NCBI GenBank assembly: GCA_958402495.1
Contig: CATXTS010000001.1
Location: 1-53,201 of the forward strand
From: an uncultured Clostridiaceae bacterium
Lineage (GTDB): Bacteria > Bacillota > Clostridia > TANB77 > CAG-508
Length of the DNA: 53,201 nt
Direction of reading: 5' to 3'
This document shows positions 37,371 through 46,955 of the stretch, in pieces. Each line of letters begins with the position of its first letter. Within the stretch, counting starts at the first letter, position 1. Under the pieces are notes generated by a model that was not told the DNA's origin, did not search any database, and saw only the letters and a program-made list of their open reading frames with translations. The translations under genes and the position numbers were made by a program.

Positions 37371-37895
37371 ATGGAGATACATGAAGGAAGGTTATATTTT
37401 ATAAAAGATGATTTTTTAGAAAAATATGCAGAAAAATATAATCTAATGGACAATAAAATAGAAAAAGGAACGAAAAGACCTACTTATTTTTGCTTTAAAG
37501 ACCATAAAGAAGAAAATATGTTATGGTTTGTGCCTATGTCTAAACAATATGAGAAATATAAAAAGATATATACGAAAAAGAAGATGAATATAAATAGAGA
37601 GCCTAACAACTTTGTTTTTTTTGATAATATAGTTGGAATTAAAGGCGTATTTTTAATACAAAATATGTTTCCAACCACAAAACAATATATTCAAGAAGAA
37701 TATTACAGAAGAGGGCAAGAAGTAAAAGTCCCCAAGAATATTCGAAGAGAAATCCTACAAAAGGCGAAAACAATGATAGCGTTTGCTAGTAGAGGAGTGA
37801 ATACTACTTATACAAACTTACCAGAATTTATGAAAGAAATCAGAAGTGAAATAGCGATGGACTCAAAAGAGAATACTTCTTTTCCAAATAAATAG
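37371..37895 (+). CDS. type III toxin-antitoxin system toxin (ToxN/AbiQ/CptN-like endoribonuclease)
   Basis: ATG 37371 follows ggaggg. GRLYFIKDDFLEKYAEKYN...KRPTYFCFKD...MLWFVPMSKQYEKY parallels the AbiQ/ToxN N-terminal pattern (LYxVxxxYxxYLxxxD...RPYxGxxx...YxAPLSSPK). The locus architecture is diagnostic. Confidence 0.6.
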   Translation: MEIHEGRLYFIKDDFLEKYAEKYNLMDNKIEKGTKRPTYFCFKDHKEENMLWFVPMSKQYEKYKKIYTKKKMNINREPNNFVFFDNIVGIKGVFLIQNMFPTTKQYIQEEYYRRGQEVKVPKNIRREILQKAKTMIAFASRGVNTTYTNLPEFMKEIRSEIAMDSKENTSFPNK

Positions 37896-37999
37896 TAGGA
37901 CGAGAAAGGATAATAGAAGATTTGACAGGAGAAGCCGAACAAAGTATAATGAAAGCACAAAACTAAAGGAAATACAAAAGTAAAAAATGGGGGACAATT

Positions 38000-38683
38000 A
38001 TGAAGAAAAAGCCACATAATAAAGTGATTTTATGGTCTATCCTAATTAGTATTTTAATTATTTTGACTGATGTGATAGTGATATTTTGTTTTCCAGAAGC
38101 ACAAACTGTTTTTAAAACGGTCTATGAAGCAAAAGATTTTGGAATAGAGATTCTTTACAGTGATAAAGATGAAAATCAAAATGGAATAGATGATTATACC
38201 GATATTTTATTAGGTGCTAAAGAAGAGGCTAAAAATCGACCAACCTATAAAAATGCCTATTATGCAGGTGGTTATCCACCAGATGGGGAAGGGGTGTGTA
38301 CAGATGTGATATGGAGGGCTTTTAAACATGCCGGTTACACGTTAAAAGATATGGTAGATGCCGATATTAAAGAACATATAGAGGCATATCCTAGAACAGG
38401 AGGAACTGCTGATTCAAATATTGATTTTAGACGTGTAGATAATTTAAGAGTATTTTTTAGTAGAAATGCTAAAAATTTAACCACAGATTTAACGAAAATA
38501 GAGCAATGGCAACCAGGAGATATAGTGACTTTTGGAAAGTCCCATATTGGCATTATTTCAGATAAACGAAACGAAAAGGGAATTCCCTACTTAATTCATA
38601 ATGCATCACAGCCTAATAGAGAAGAAGATGCCTTAGAACGTTGGAATACATATGAACCTATTTCAGGACATTTTAGATGGTAA
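38000..38683 (+). CDS. DUF1287 domain-containing protein with N-terminal TM anchor
   Basis: YYAGGYPPDGEGVCTDVIWRAF...NIDFRRVDNL...WQPGDIVTFG..HIGIIS...LIHN matches the DUF1287 (NlpC/P60-like) pattern. Confidence 0.65.
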   Translation: MKKKPHNKVILWSILISILIILTDVIVIFCFPEAQTVFKTVYEAKDFGIEILYSDKDENQNGIDDYTDILLGAKEEAKNRPTYKNAYYAGGYPPDGEGVCTDVIWRAFKHAGYTLKDMVDADIKEHIEAYPRTGGTADSNIDFRRVDNLRVFFSRNAKNLTTDLTKIEQWQPGDIVTFGKSHIGIISDKRNEKGIPYLIHNASQPNREEDALERWNTYEPISGHFRW

Positions 38684-38891
38684 AAGGTAAGATAGAAATC
38701 TTACCTTTTTCTTTTGTGTAATTACGAAAACGATTCCTTATATTTAGATATAAGTATATTATTGACATACTTAACATAATTTGATATACTAAAAAAGTAG
38801 CTTTTTTAAATCTTACTTATTAAAATTAAAAGGAGGATAGAATTTTTATTTGTATTTCTAGTAGCTAAACTAAAGTGAAAAAAGGAGAAAA

Positions 38892-39929
38892 ATGATGCAA
38901 CGGCAAAAGAAGTGGTTAAAAATAGGTGTATGGAGTGTTTTAATAGTTTGTACAGTGTATAATTTGATAACACTATTGAACGAAAGAGGTATCCTGTTGC
39001 TAAGAAAAGTTCCAGAGATTTTGGTAGAAGATGATATAACCTACATGAAATTTCCGGTAGAAAAATTACAGGAATTACCAGAGGAACCTGATTGGGAGAA
39101 TGATTTAACATCTTGGAAAATCTTAGATGAAGAATTAAACAAAGAAAATAGAATAGAAAGAATGAATGAATTTATCGAAGAAGAAATTAAAAGAAGCGGA
39201 GCAGATGAATTTATTTATGTTAATCAAAATGGAGACATTATGATGCCAGAACCCATATCAGAGGAGACACAAATTAATAAGTGGCAAGTTTTCTTTCGTT
39301 CTAAAAAAGATGGATTGGTGAAGATAGATATTGAGCCGTATGATTCCATCAGAAGAGAAGAATACCACACACATACACAAAGAATAGGTCTTTTTAAAGA
39401 TACAAGATATGTTGGCTCAAGTGAAATCATAAATTCCACAACTGGTCATTGGAAGAATATAGATAACACGGTGTACTATCTTATAAAGTATAAAGAAGAG
39501 TGGGAAAACTGTGAAATAACAAAAGGAGAATCCATTAGTGGTTTTGTGGAGACATTAGATGAACAAATTGCGTATCCTATTATAGAAATAGACGATAAAC
39601 CATATGTTTATGTGGTAGAGAATGCTATACCTTATAATTATGCCTATTATACGCAAACAAAGCCGGAGATAAAAAAGATTGATTTATCAGAGATGGAAGG
39701 AATATGTGAAATTTATGAAGGTATATTCGGAGAAATCTTTATGGAAGCAGAAATAGGAGTTTATAGAGTGTATTTGGACATACCTCCTTCAAATATCCTA
39801 AAACTGGGAGAAAATCAAGATTTCTCGGAATGTTTTAGCAAAATAGAAACGTTCTACTATTCAAGAGAAGAAAGTAGAACAGAAATGTATTGGAAAAAAG
39901 ACGGAGATGCGAAAGTATATATATACTAA
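38892..39929 (+). CDS. hypothetical membrane-anchored protein
   Basis: 345-aa ORF with RBS aaggag and an N-terminal TM (WLKIGVWSVLIVCTVYNLITLL). Codon 4 is an in-frame CGG. Confidence 0.5.
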   Translation: MMQRQKKWLKIGVWSVLIVCTVYNLITLLNERGILLLRKVPEILVEDDITYMKFPVEKLQELPEEPDWENDLTSWKILDEELNKENRIERMNEFIEEEIKRSGADEFIYVNQNGDIMMPEPISEETQINKWQVFFRSKKDGLVKIDIEPYDSIRREEYHTHTQRIGLFKDTRYVGSSEIINSTTGHWKNIDNTVYYLIKYKEEWENCEITKGESISGFVETLDEQIAYPIIEIDDKPYVYVVENAIPYNYAYYTQTKPEIKKIDLSEMEGICEIYEGIFGEIFMEAEIGVYRVYLDIPPSNILKLGENQDFSECFSKIETFYYSREESRTEMYWKKDGDAKVYIY

Positions 39930-39988
39930 ACAGATACCACAAATAAAAATTAGCCCCCGGCGACATTGTCACTGGGGGTAAACCATAG

Positions 39989-41470
39989 TTATAGAATAAT
40001 ACAAATTAATCCACCACTACCTTCATTTACAATACGTTCTAATGTCTCTTGTAATTTGGCTTGTGCATCTTCAGGCATTCTACATAATTTATTTTGTAAT
40101 CCTTCATTAACTAGTTCATGCAAACTCTTTCCGAAAATATTAGATTCCCAAATCTTTTGAGGGTCAGATTCAAATTCAGAAAGTAAATAATTAACTAGTT
40201 CTTCAGATTGCTTTTCACTACCAACAATAGGAGAGACTTCTGTCTCAATATCTGCTCTTATCATATGGATAGAAGGTGCTTTTGCTTTTAACTTCACACC
40301 AAAGCGAGAACCTTGTTTTACCATTTCTGGTTCATCTAAAATTAATTCATCCATAGAAGGTGTTACAATACCATACCCTTTAGCTTTTACTTCTTCTAAG
40401 GCATAGGCTACTTTATCATATTCCTTCTTAGTTTGTGCAAAAGAAGTAATCGTAGAGAATAAATCTCCTTCATTGTTAATTTGTACACCCGATATTTCTG
40501 TTAAAACCTTGTAGAATAAATCATCCATTAAAGCAATGGAAATATTCACACTACCAGTACCTAGTAAAATTTCATCAATCATTGTCTTCTGAATAATATC
40601 TGTTTTCTGAATTTTAGAAATACCACTATCAATTTGTTTTAACAAACGTACATCTGAAAAAGCATCTTTGATTTGGCTATAAAGTTGTTTCTTTAACCAA
40701 TGGTCATCAGATAAACCATCTACCCAATGAGGAAAATGAATATGCATAGTCTCAATAGGGAATTCATATAAAATTTTACTGAAAATTTCATCAATATCTT
40801 CTAAACTCAAAGTAGAACAATCCGTAGGAATGACAGGAACAGCATATTTGTCTTCTAATTTCCTAGTTAAATTTCTAGTATAATCGGAAGTAACATCTGC
40901 AGAATTTAAAACAATAACAAATGGTTTATTTAAAGCTTTTAATTCATTGACCACTCTTTCTTCTGCTTCTATATAATCTTCTCTAGGAATATCAGTAATA
41001 GAGCCATCTGTAGTAATCAAAATACCAATGGTAGAATGTTCTTGAATAACTTTTTTAGTTCCAATCTCAGCAGCTTGCTCAAACGGAATTTCATCTTCAG
41101 ACCAAGGTGTCTTTACCATTCTAGGCATATCATCTTCTAAATAACCAATTGCATTGTCCACTAAATAGCCAACACAATCCACTAAGCGAGTTTTTAGTTT
41201 AATATGGTCTCCTAGTGTAATTTCCACTGCCTCGTTAGGAATAAATTTAGGCTCTGTCGTCATAATGGTTCTTCCAGAAGCACTTTGAGGAAGCTCATCT
41301 AAAGCTCTTTCTCTTTTGTATTCGTTATCAATATTAGGGATAACTAATAAGTCCATAAATCTTTTAATAAATGTAGATTTTCCAGTTCGTACAGGACCAA
41401 CTACGCCAACATAAATATCACCATCTGTACGTTTTGCTATATCTTGATACAATTGTAAATTCTCTTCCAT
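39989..41470 (-). CDS. spoIVA: stage IV sporulation protein A
   Basis: MEENLQLYQDIAKRTDGDIYVGVVGPVRTGKSTFIKRFMD... with Walker A GPVRTGKST. Length 493 aa. RBS aaggagg. Confidence 0.92.
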   Translation of the reverse strand: MEENLQLYQDIAKRTDGDIYVGVVGPVRTGKSTFIKRFMDLLVIPNIDNEYKRERALDELPQSASGRTIMTTEPKFIPNEAVEITLGDHIKLKTRLVDCVGYLVDNAIGYLEDDMPRMVKTPWSEDEIPFEQAAEIGTKKVIQEHSTIGILITTDGSITDIPREDYIEAEERVVNELKALNKPFVIVLNSADVTSDYTRNLTRKLEDKYAVPVIPTDCSTLSLEDIDEIFSKILYEFPIETMHIHFPHWVDGLSDDHWLKKQLYSQIKDAFSDVRLLKQIDSGISKIQKTDIIQKTMIDEILLGTGSVNISIALMDDLFYKVLTEISGVQINNEGDLFSTITSFAQTKKEYDKVAYALEEVKAKGYGIVTPSMDELILDEPEMVKQGSRFGVKLKAKAPSIHMIRADIETEVSPIVGSEKQSEELVNYLLSEFESDPQKIWESNIFGKSLHELVNEGLQNKLCRMPEDAQAKLQETLERIVNEGSGGLICIIL

Positions 41471-41583
41471 TAAAATATATACCTCCTTAAAAATGTTTGT
41501 ACTAATAAAACTTTATTTAATGTATATTAGGAAAATGAAAAGATATGACTAAATTTTAAAAAAAGAAAAATATTAAACAGAAA

Positions 41584-41986
41584 ATGCTTGCTAAAGTGAA
41601 TCTGCATAAAAAAATAAGCTTGTTAGAAGACGGATATGATACTATACTTCAAGCAAAATCGGATGTATTATCTTATGGAGAAAAACAGTTGTTAAATTTT
41701 GCAAGAGCTATTTTAAAGAAAGCAGATATCATTTTATTAGATGAGGTAACCTCTAATTTAGACTTAGAATTTGAAAATCAAGTAATGTGCGCTATGGAAG
41801 AAATGTAAAAAGATAAGTTTTCAATTGTGATTGCACACCGATTAAATACAATAAAAAATGCAGATAAAATCGTATATCTGAAAGATAAAACTATTGTAGA
41901 AGAAGGAACACATGAGGAGTTATTAAATAAAAAGGAAATCTACTATACAATGTATTTTCAAAAAGAAAGAAGTTTATGCAATTAAA
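41584..41986 (+). pseudogene. decayed remnant of an ABC exporter ATPase C-terminus
   Basis: It starts within the NBD (LSYGEKQLLNFARAIL, ILLDEVTSNLD). There is an in-frame TAA at 41806-41808, then ...[20 protein letters not shown]... and a further 1-nt frameshift near 41941 before ...YYTMYFQKE*. There is no N-terminal or TM part. Confidence 0.75.
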
Positions 41987-42037
41987 AAATTAGAAGTGAT
42001 AGAATAATAAAATATAAACGGAAAGAATCATCATAAA

Positions 42038-42071
42038 ATAGTGCAAGAGTAAGGAACTTGCACTATTTTTC
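42038..42071 (+). terminator. rho-independent terminator
   Basis: Stem atagtgcaag / cttgcactat, followed by a T5 run. Confidence 0.7.
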
Positions 42072-42149
42072 TGCATATGATAGAATAAGAAAATAAAATA
42101 ACATAACATGAAATTTATTATAATAAAATAATCATAAGGAGAAAACAAA

Positions 42150-43397
42150 ATGAAAAATCAAAATTACGAAAAGGCGAAGGCAATTCTAAAAGAATATAAA
42201 CAAGATACTATCTTACAAGAATTAGAAAACAAGAAAGAAGAGGGAGCAAAACAAGAACTAGTAGAACAGATTTTATCCATCGATTTTGAACAAATACAAA
42301 CATTATATGAGCAAAGTAAACAAATGCCAGAGATTCATGATGAAGAGATAGAGAACATATCCTATGTAGATGGTAATCAATTAAAAAAAGAAGAAAAGGA
42401 AACTTATCAAAAAATAGGGGAAGATATTATTAAACAAGAAAAATATGCAGTTGTTACTATGGCAGGAGGACAAGGTACAAGATTAGGACATAAAGGTCCA
42501 AAAGGTACTTTCTTAATGCCGTTATCACCAAAGCCAAAATATCTTTTTGAAATATTAGTAGAAACATTAAAAAGAAATAATATAAAATATGGTATTACAC
42601 TTCCTTGGTACATTATGACCAGTCAAGAAAATCATCAAGAAACAGTAGATTTTTTAGAAGAAAAGCAATACTTTGGCTATCCAAAAGAAGCGGTTACCTT
42701 CTTTATACAAGGAGAAATGCCTTTAATAAATCAAGAAGGAAAGCTACTATTAGATGAAAATGGAATGATAAAACAAGCATCAGACGGAAATGGAAGTATT
42801 TATCGTGCTATGAAAAAAGAAGGTATTATTGAAGATATGAGAAAAAAACAAATAGAATGGGTATACATCTGCTCAGTGGATAATGTCTTATTACAAATGG
42901 TAGAGCCAGTATTATTAGGTTTAACGATTAGCCAAAACAACCAAGTAGCTTCTAAATCCATTGTCAAAAACAGTGCTAAAGAAAGAGTAGGAGCTTTCTG
43001 CAAAAGAAATGGAAAACCATCTGTTATAGAATACTCAGAACTACCAGAAGACATGGCACAAATGCGAGATGAAAAAGGAGAACTAATCTTTGGAGAAGCC
43101 CATATTATGTGTAATTTATACACAGTAGATGCCATAGAAAAAATAGCTAAACAAAAATTACCATATCATAAAGCCTTTAAAAAAATAGGTTATTATCAAA
43201 ACGGAAAATACATAGAGCCAAAAGAAGAAAATGCCTATAAATTTGAAGAATTCATTTTTGATGGCTTTGCTTTCTTTGACAACATGACTATCATGAGAGG
43301 AAAAAGAGAAGAAGACTTTGCACCAGTCAAAAATGAAAAAGGAATCGATAGTCCAGAAACAGCTAGTAAATTATATGAACAATATTGGAAAAAATAA
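42150..43397 (+). CDS. UDPGP-family uridylyltransferase (UDP-N-acetylhexosamine / UDP-sugar pyrophosphorylase-like)
   Basis: MAGGQGTRLGHKGPKGTF nucleotide-binding loop. Length 415 aa. The layout resembles eukaryote-type UAP1/UGP. Confidence 0.7.
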   Translation: MKNQNYEKAKAILKEYKQDTILQELENKKEEGAKQELVEQILSIDFEQIQTLYEQSKQMPEIHDEEIENISYVDGNQLKKEEKETYQKIGEDIIKQEKYAVVTMAGGQGTRLGHKGPKGTFLMPLSPKPKYLFEILVETLKRNNIKYGITLPWYIMTSQENHQETVDFLEEKQYFGYPKEAVTFFIQGEMPLINQEGKLLLDENGMIKQASDGNGSIYRAMKKEGIIEDMRKKQIEWVYICSVDNVLLQMVEPVLLGLTISQNNQVASKSIVKNSAKERVGAFCKRNGKPSVIEYSELPEDMAQMRDEKGELIFGEAHIMCNLYTVDAIEKIAKQKLPYHKAFKKIGYYQNGKYIEPKEENAYKFEEFIFDGFAFFDNMTIMRGKREEDFAPVKNEKGIDSPETASKLYEQYWKK

Positions 43398-43447
43398 GTG
43401 TCCATGTGGACCTGGTCCCAATGGACAAAATTGTCCACAGGGGACAC
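43398..43447. repeat. GC-rich imperfect palindrome built from GGAC/GTCC units
   Basis: gtgtcc-a-tgtggac ... gtccaca-gg-ggacac are the arms (6 + 7 bp). The 21-nt loop contains further ggtcc/tggac units. It starts immediately after the stop codon. Confidence 0.7.
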
Positions 43448-43464
43448 AGCTGATATAAAAATAT

Positions 43465-43497
43465 CGCTATTTCAATTAGAAGTAGCGGTATTTTTTG
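43465..43497 (+). terminator. rho-independent terminator
   Basis: Stem cgcta / tagcg, followed by gtatttttt. Confidence 0.45.
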
Positions 43498-43630
43498 TTT
43501 TTAAATTTTGTTTTTCAAATTTGTTTTTTAGTTTCCTTTTTTATTTTGTCTTTAAATTATTTTTGTAGTTTACTTTAAAAAATTATTTTTAAAAGTGTTT
43601 TGATTTACTATGGCAAAATGTATTTTAAAA

Positions 43631-44008
43631 TTACATTTGTTGTTCGCCAGGTAAAAAGTAGTCAACCACACCATAGATAAGTGCACCTATGATAGCAGCC
43701 ATCCAAGATATTGTATATCCTGCTACAAAATATTGTGTAACATATAGAACGATAGCAGAAAGAACAAATCCTACGAAACCTTTACCGAAAGAGCTAGCAT
43801 GAAGTCCTGTAAATTTTACGATTAGATAATCTATTACTGTAAGAACAACAGCAGCAGCGATTAAAGTCCATAAGTTATTTATTTGAAAGCCTGGTGTAAA
43901 AAATGCTGTAATAGCAAGGACGATGGCAGCTGTTACAAGTCTTCCGATTATTTGCCAAATAGTACTAGTACCATTTTTGGATTGACTATGCGCTTGATTT
44001 TCTGACAT
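43631..44008 (-). CDS. 4-TM membrane protein, phage-holin-4_2 / YvlD (DUF360)-like
   Basis: 125 aa with four hydrophobic helices and RBS aaggagg. The family assignment is by overall pattern only. Confidence 0.5.
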   Translation of the reverse strand: MSENQAHSQSKNGTSTIWQIIGRLVTAAIVLAITAFFTPGFQINNLWTLIAAAVVLTVIDYLIVKFTGLHASSFGKGFVGFVLSAIVLYVTQYFVAGYTISWMAAIIGALIYGVVDYFLPGEQQM

Positions 44009-44175
44009 AATGAAAAACCTCCTTAATTTGAAATTTGCAAATATTTTGCTAATTTACATGGTTTTATAGTGTTAGTATGAACAAAAAAAATAAAATTATT
44101 CAAAAAGCGCATACTTTCTAAAAAACTGTAAAAAATAAACAAAAAGAAACGTATAAAATTTTAAGGAGGATTTTT

Positions 44176-44865
44176 ATGTTATTGACTTTTTTGAGAACAA
44201 TCTTCTTGTACATAGTCGTTTTAATTGTTATGCGATTTATGGGAAAAAGAGAAATTGGACAGTTGCAACCATTTGAACTTGCAATATCCATTATGATTGC
44301 AGATTTGGCTACCATACCAATGGCTGAACCAGGTATTCCTATTTCTAATGGTATTATTCCTATTTTAGGATTGTTAGTTATGCACTTGCTAATTTCTATG
44401 ATGAACTTGAAAAGTTTAAAAATGAGAGAATTAATTTGTGGAAAACCTTCTATCTTGATTTATAGAGGGAAAATTGACGAGCAGAAAATGAAAAAAGAAC
44501 GTTTTACGATTAATGAATTAGAAGAACGTTTAAGGGGAAATAATGTGAGTAATATTGGTGATGTAGAATATGCCATTTTAGAGACTAGTGGACAAATTAC
44601 GGTTATTCAAAAGCCAAATAAGAGAACTACCATACCAGAAGATTTCAATATTATGCCGGAATATGAAGGTATTTCTTATGATTTGGTAGTGGATGGCAAA
44701 GTAATGAAGCAGAATTTAGATAAATTGCAAAAAGATTATCATTGGTTGGAAAAGGAAGTTAGTGCTTTTGATATTAAGCCAGAAGAGGCTTTACTAGTGA
44801 CGATTGATGGAAAAGGCAATTTCTTTTGCCAGGCAAAGGATAAGAAAGATAAAAAGAAAAGATAG
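44176..44865 (+). CDS. DUF421 (YetF/YdfS-like) membrane protein
   Basis: N-terminal TM helices followed by GKPSILIYRGKIDEQKMKKERFTINELEERLR, typical of DUF421. RBS aaggagg. Confidence 0.65.
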   Translation: MLLTFLRTIFLYIVVLIVMRFMGKREIGQLQPFELAISIMIADLATIPMAEPGIPISNGIIPILGLLVMHLLISMMNLKSLKMRELICGKPSILIYRGKIDEQKMKKERFTINELEERLRGNNVSNIGDVEYAILETSGQITVIQKPNKRTTIPEDFNIMPEYEGISYDLVVDGKVMKQNLDKLQKDYHWLEKEVSAFDIKPEEALLVTIDGKGNFFCQAKDKKDKKKR

Positions 44866-44874
44866 AGGGAAAGT

Positions 44875-45264
44875 ATGAATAAAGAATGGATAATTAGTAT
44901 TGTAATTATTTTGGTGATTGTAGCTTTAAATATTTTTACACAAAATTATACGAAAGAAGTAGTTAGTTACATGGATGATACTTTGAAAAATTTGCGAACG
45001 GATATTACACAAGAAGAGGTAGAAAAAGAAATGGTGCAGGAAAAAATAGACTATATTATGCAGCAGTGGGAAGAACGATATCAAAAATTGGCTTTTTTTA
45101 TAGAACATGATGAATTAGAAAAAGTGGAAACACAGTTGACCGCTTTAAAGGCTAATATAGAGGTGGAAGAATATACGCAAGGGGTACCAGAATTAGATAC
45201 TTGTGTTTTTATCTTAACTCATATTAAAGATAAGTTTTCTTTACAAATTAAAAATATTTTTTGA
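44875..45264 (+). CDS. DUF4363-like small protein (usual partner of DUF421)
   Basis: 129 aa with an N-terminal TM. The assignment rests on synteny with the DUF421 gene. Confidence 0.4.
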   Translation: MNKEWIISIVIILVIVALNIFTQNYTKEVVSYMDDTLKNLRTDITQEEVEKEMVQEKIDYIMQQWEERYQKLAFFIEHDELEKVETQLTALKANIEVEEYTQGVPELDTCVFILTHIKDKFSLQIKNIF

Positions 45265-45317
45265 TAGAATTTGAAAAATAGAACATAAAAGTTAGTGTAA
45301 ATATTTAGAATGAGAAA

Positions 45318-45358
45318 AACAAAAAAATAACCATCTACTTAAGTTTTTATAGATGATT
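45318..45358 (-). terminator. terminator downstream of dapB
   Basis: The minus strand reads aatcatcta-loop-tagatggtt followed by a T-run. Confidence 0.55.
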
Positions 45359-45390
45359 ATTTTGGTTATCTATTATATTATTACTATTTT

Positions 45391-46140
45391 TTAGTTTATC
45401 AAATCTTCCATAGAATATAATCCAATAGGTTGCTGAAGAAGAAAATGGGCAGCTTTTAGGGCACCATCGGCGAATACACGTCTAGAATAAGCTTTATGGG
45501 TAATTTCAAAAGTTTCATTTTGACCAATGAATTGTACACTATGTTCACCTACAATATTGCCACCACGTATAGAGGAAAAACCAATTTCATCTTTAGAACG
45601 TTTTTCACGTTTTTGAAGACGATTAAAGTCATAAGTATAACGATTGTTCATAGCTTCATTAATGCTGTTAGCTAACATAAGAGCAGTTCCGCTAGGAGCA
45701 TCAATTTTACGATTATGGTGGGCTTCTATAATTTCAATATCTGTATCCTGCAAAGCTTTTGCAGCAATTTGTAGTAATTTAGTCATTAGAAAGATATCAA
45801 AGGACATATTAGAAGATTGAAAAATAGGAATTTGTTTAGCATAGTTTCTAATTTGTTCTTCTTGCTCTACTGAAAATCCAGTGGTGGCAATGACAACTGG
45901 TATTTTTTTAGAAGCAGCAAAAGCTAACATATTGAAAGTGGCTACTGGGACAGAAAAATCAATGATGACGTCAGGTAGTTCAAGGATATTTTCAAAAGAA
46001 GTATAAACCGGAAAAGAATATTTGCCTGTGTTTTCTTGGTCAAAACCTCCTATTAAAACGAAATCTTCATAGGTATCCATTTGGGCAATTAATTCTTGTC
46101 CCATTTTCCCATTACAACCATTTACAAATACAGATATCAT
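45391..46140 (-). CDS. dapB: 4-hydroxy-tetrahydrodipicolinate reductase
   Basis: VNGCNGKMGQ NAD(P)-binding loop and EAHHNRKIDAPSGTA signature. ATG 46140 is preferred over 46149 on RBS spacing. Confidence 0.9.
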   Translation of the reverse strand: MISVFVNGCNGKMGQELIAQMDTYEDFVLIGGFDQENTGKYSFPVYTSFENILELPDVIIDFSVPVATFNMLAFAASKKIPVVIATTGFSVEQEEQIRNYAKQIPIFQSSNMSFDIFLMTKLLQIAAKALQDTDIEIIEAHHNRKIDAPSGTALMLANSINEAMNNRYTYDFNRLQKREKRSKDEIGFSSIRGGNIVGEHSVQFIGQNETFEITHKAYSRRVFADGALKAAHFLLQQPIGLYSMEDLIN

Positions 46141-46242
46141 AATTATCATCCTTTCTATTAAAAAATATAAAATAATAAAAATATAAAAAACAACCCAGTA
46201 TTTAACTTTTTTTCTTTTAAATACTGGATTACAAAATATGTC

Positions 46243-46797
46243 TTAAACAACCGCTAAAGAACCTAAAAGACATAAAAATACATAAGCATAGCGATAAATT
46301 TTCTTTTTGTTTAAAATTTTAGCATAATAATGAGTAGACTCTGTTATAGCACAATATTTATCTACAAAGGTAATGATAAAACTTTCCTTATATTTAGGAA
46401 GAGCAAAAGTTACTGGCCACATGTGTTTGACAATAATATCTTTTTCTTTCTCATTTAGAGTAAATAAAGCAGAGGCGCTTTTTAAAGCAATTTTAGGATG
46501 TACAAAAGCATGTAAACCTTCTATTTCCATATCTCTTTGATTTTTTCTCCAATCATATAAAAACAAATCATGTAACATGCCAGCTCTAGCTATTGCTACA
46601 TAATCTAAGTGCAGTTTTTTGGCAAGCTTATAACTTAAATAAGCAACATGCATGCAATGCTTGTAAGTACTGGTATCATAATGTTGTCTATAATTTTTCA
46701 TTTGCATGACCACTTCATTGGTAGCAATATCTTTAATAATACTATAAAAATTTTTATTTTCTAAAGATTCATTTGTCTTAACTAACAATTCATCCAT
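46243..46797 (-). CDS. HD-domain phosphohydrolase with C-terminal TM segment
   Basis: HCMHVAYLS...GMLHDLFLYDW forms the H...HD motif. The hydrophobic tail is YAYVFLCLLGSLAVV. Confidence 0.7.
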   Translation of the reverse strand: MDELLVKTNESLENKNFYSIIKDIATNEVVMQMKNYRQHYDTSTYKHCMHVAYLSYKLAKKLHLDYVAIARAGMLHDLFLYDWRKNQRDMEIEGLHAFVHPKIALKSASALFTLNEKEKDIIVKHMWPVTFALPKYKESFIITFVDKYCAITESTHYYAKILNKKKIYRYAYVFLCLLGSLAVV

Positions 46798-46955
46798 GTT
46801 CTTCTTTTCTCCTAATTAAAAGTGAATTCTTACTAACTCTTATTTTAGCACAAAGAGCCTAAAAAGGGAAGGGTATTAAGAAAATTTTAATACCTAGAAT
46901 ATCCTATAATTAGTAAAGACATGATGTGTTGTCATCATGTCTTAAAAACAGATAA

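Noticed and set aside
43490-43625. Phased T-tracts (ttgttttt, tttgttttt, ttgtttttt and similar at roughly 11-13-nt spacing), considered as a curved-DNA or regulatory element.
   Set aside because: They lie in a convergent 3'-3' intergenic region of a very AT-rich genome. The periodicity is irregular and there is no associated promoter, so this is most likely a low-complexity spacer.
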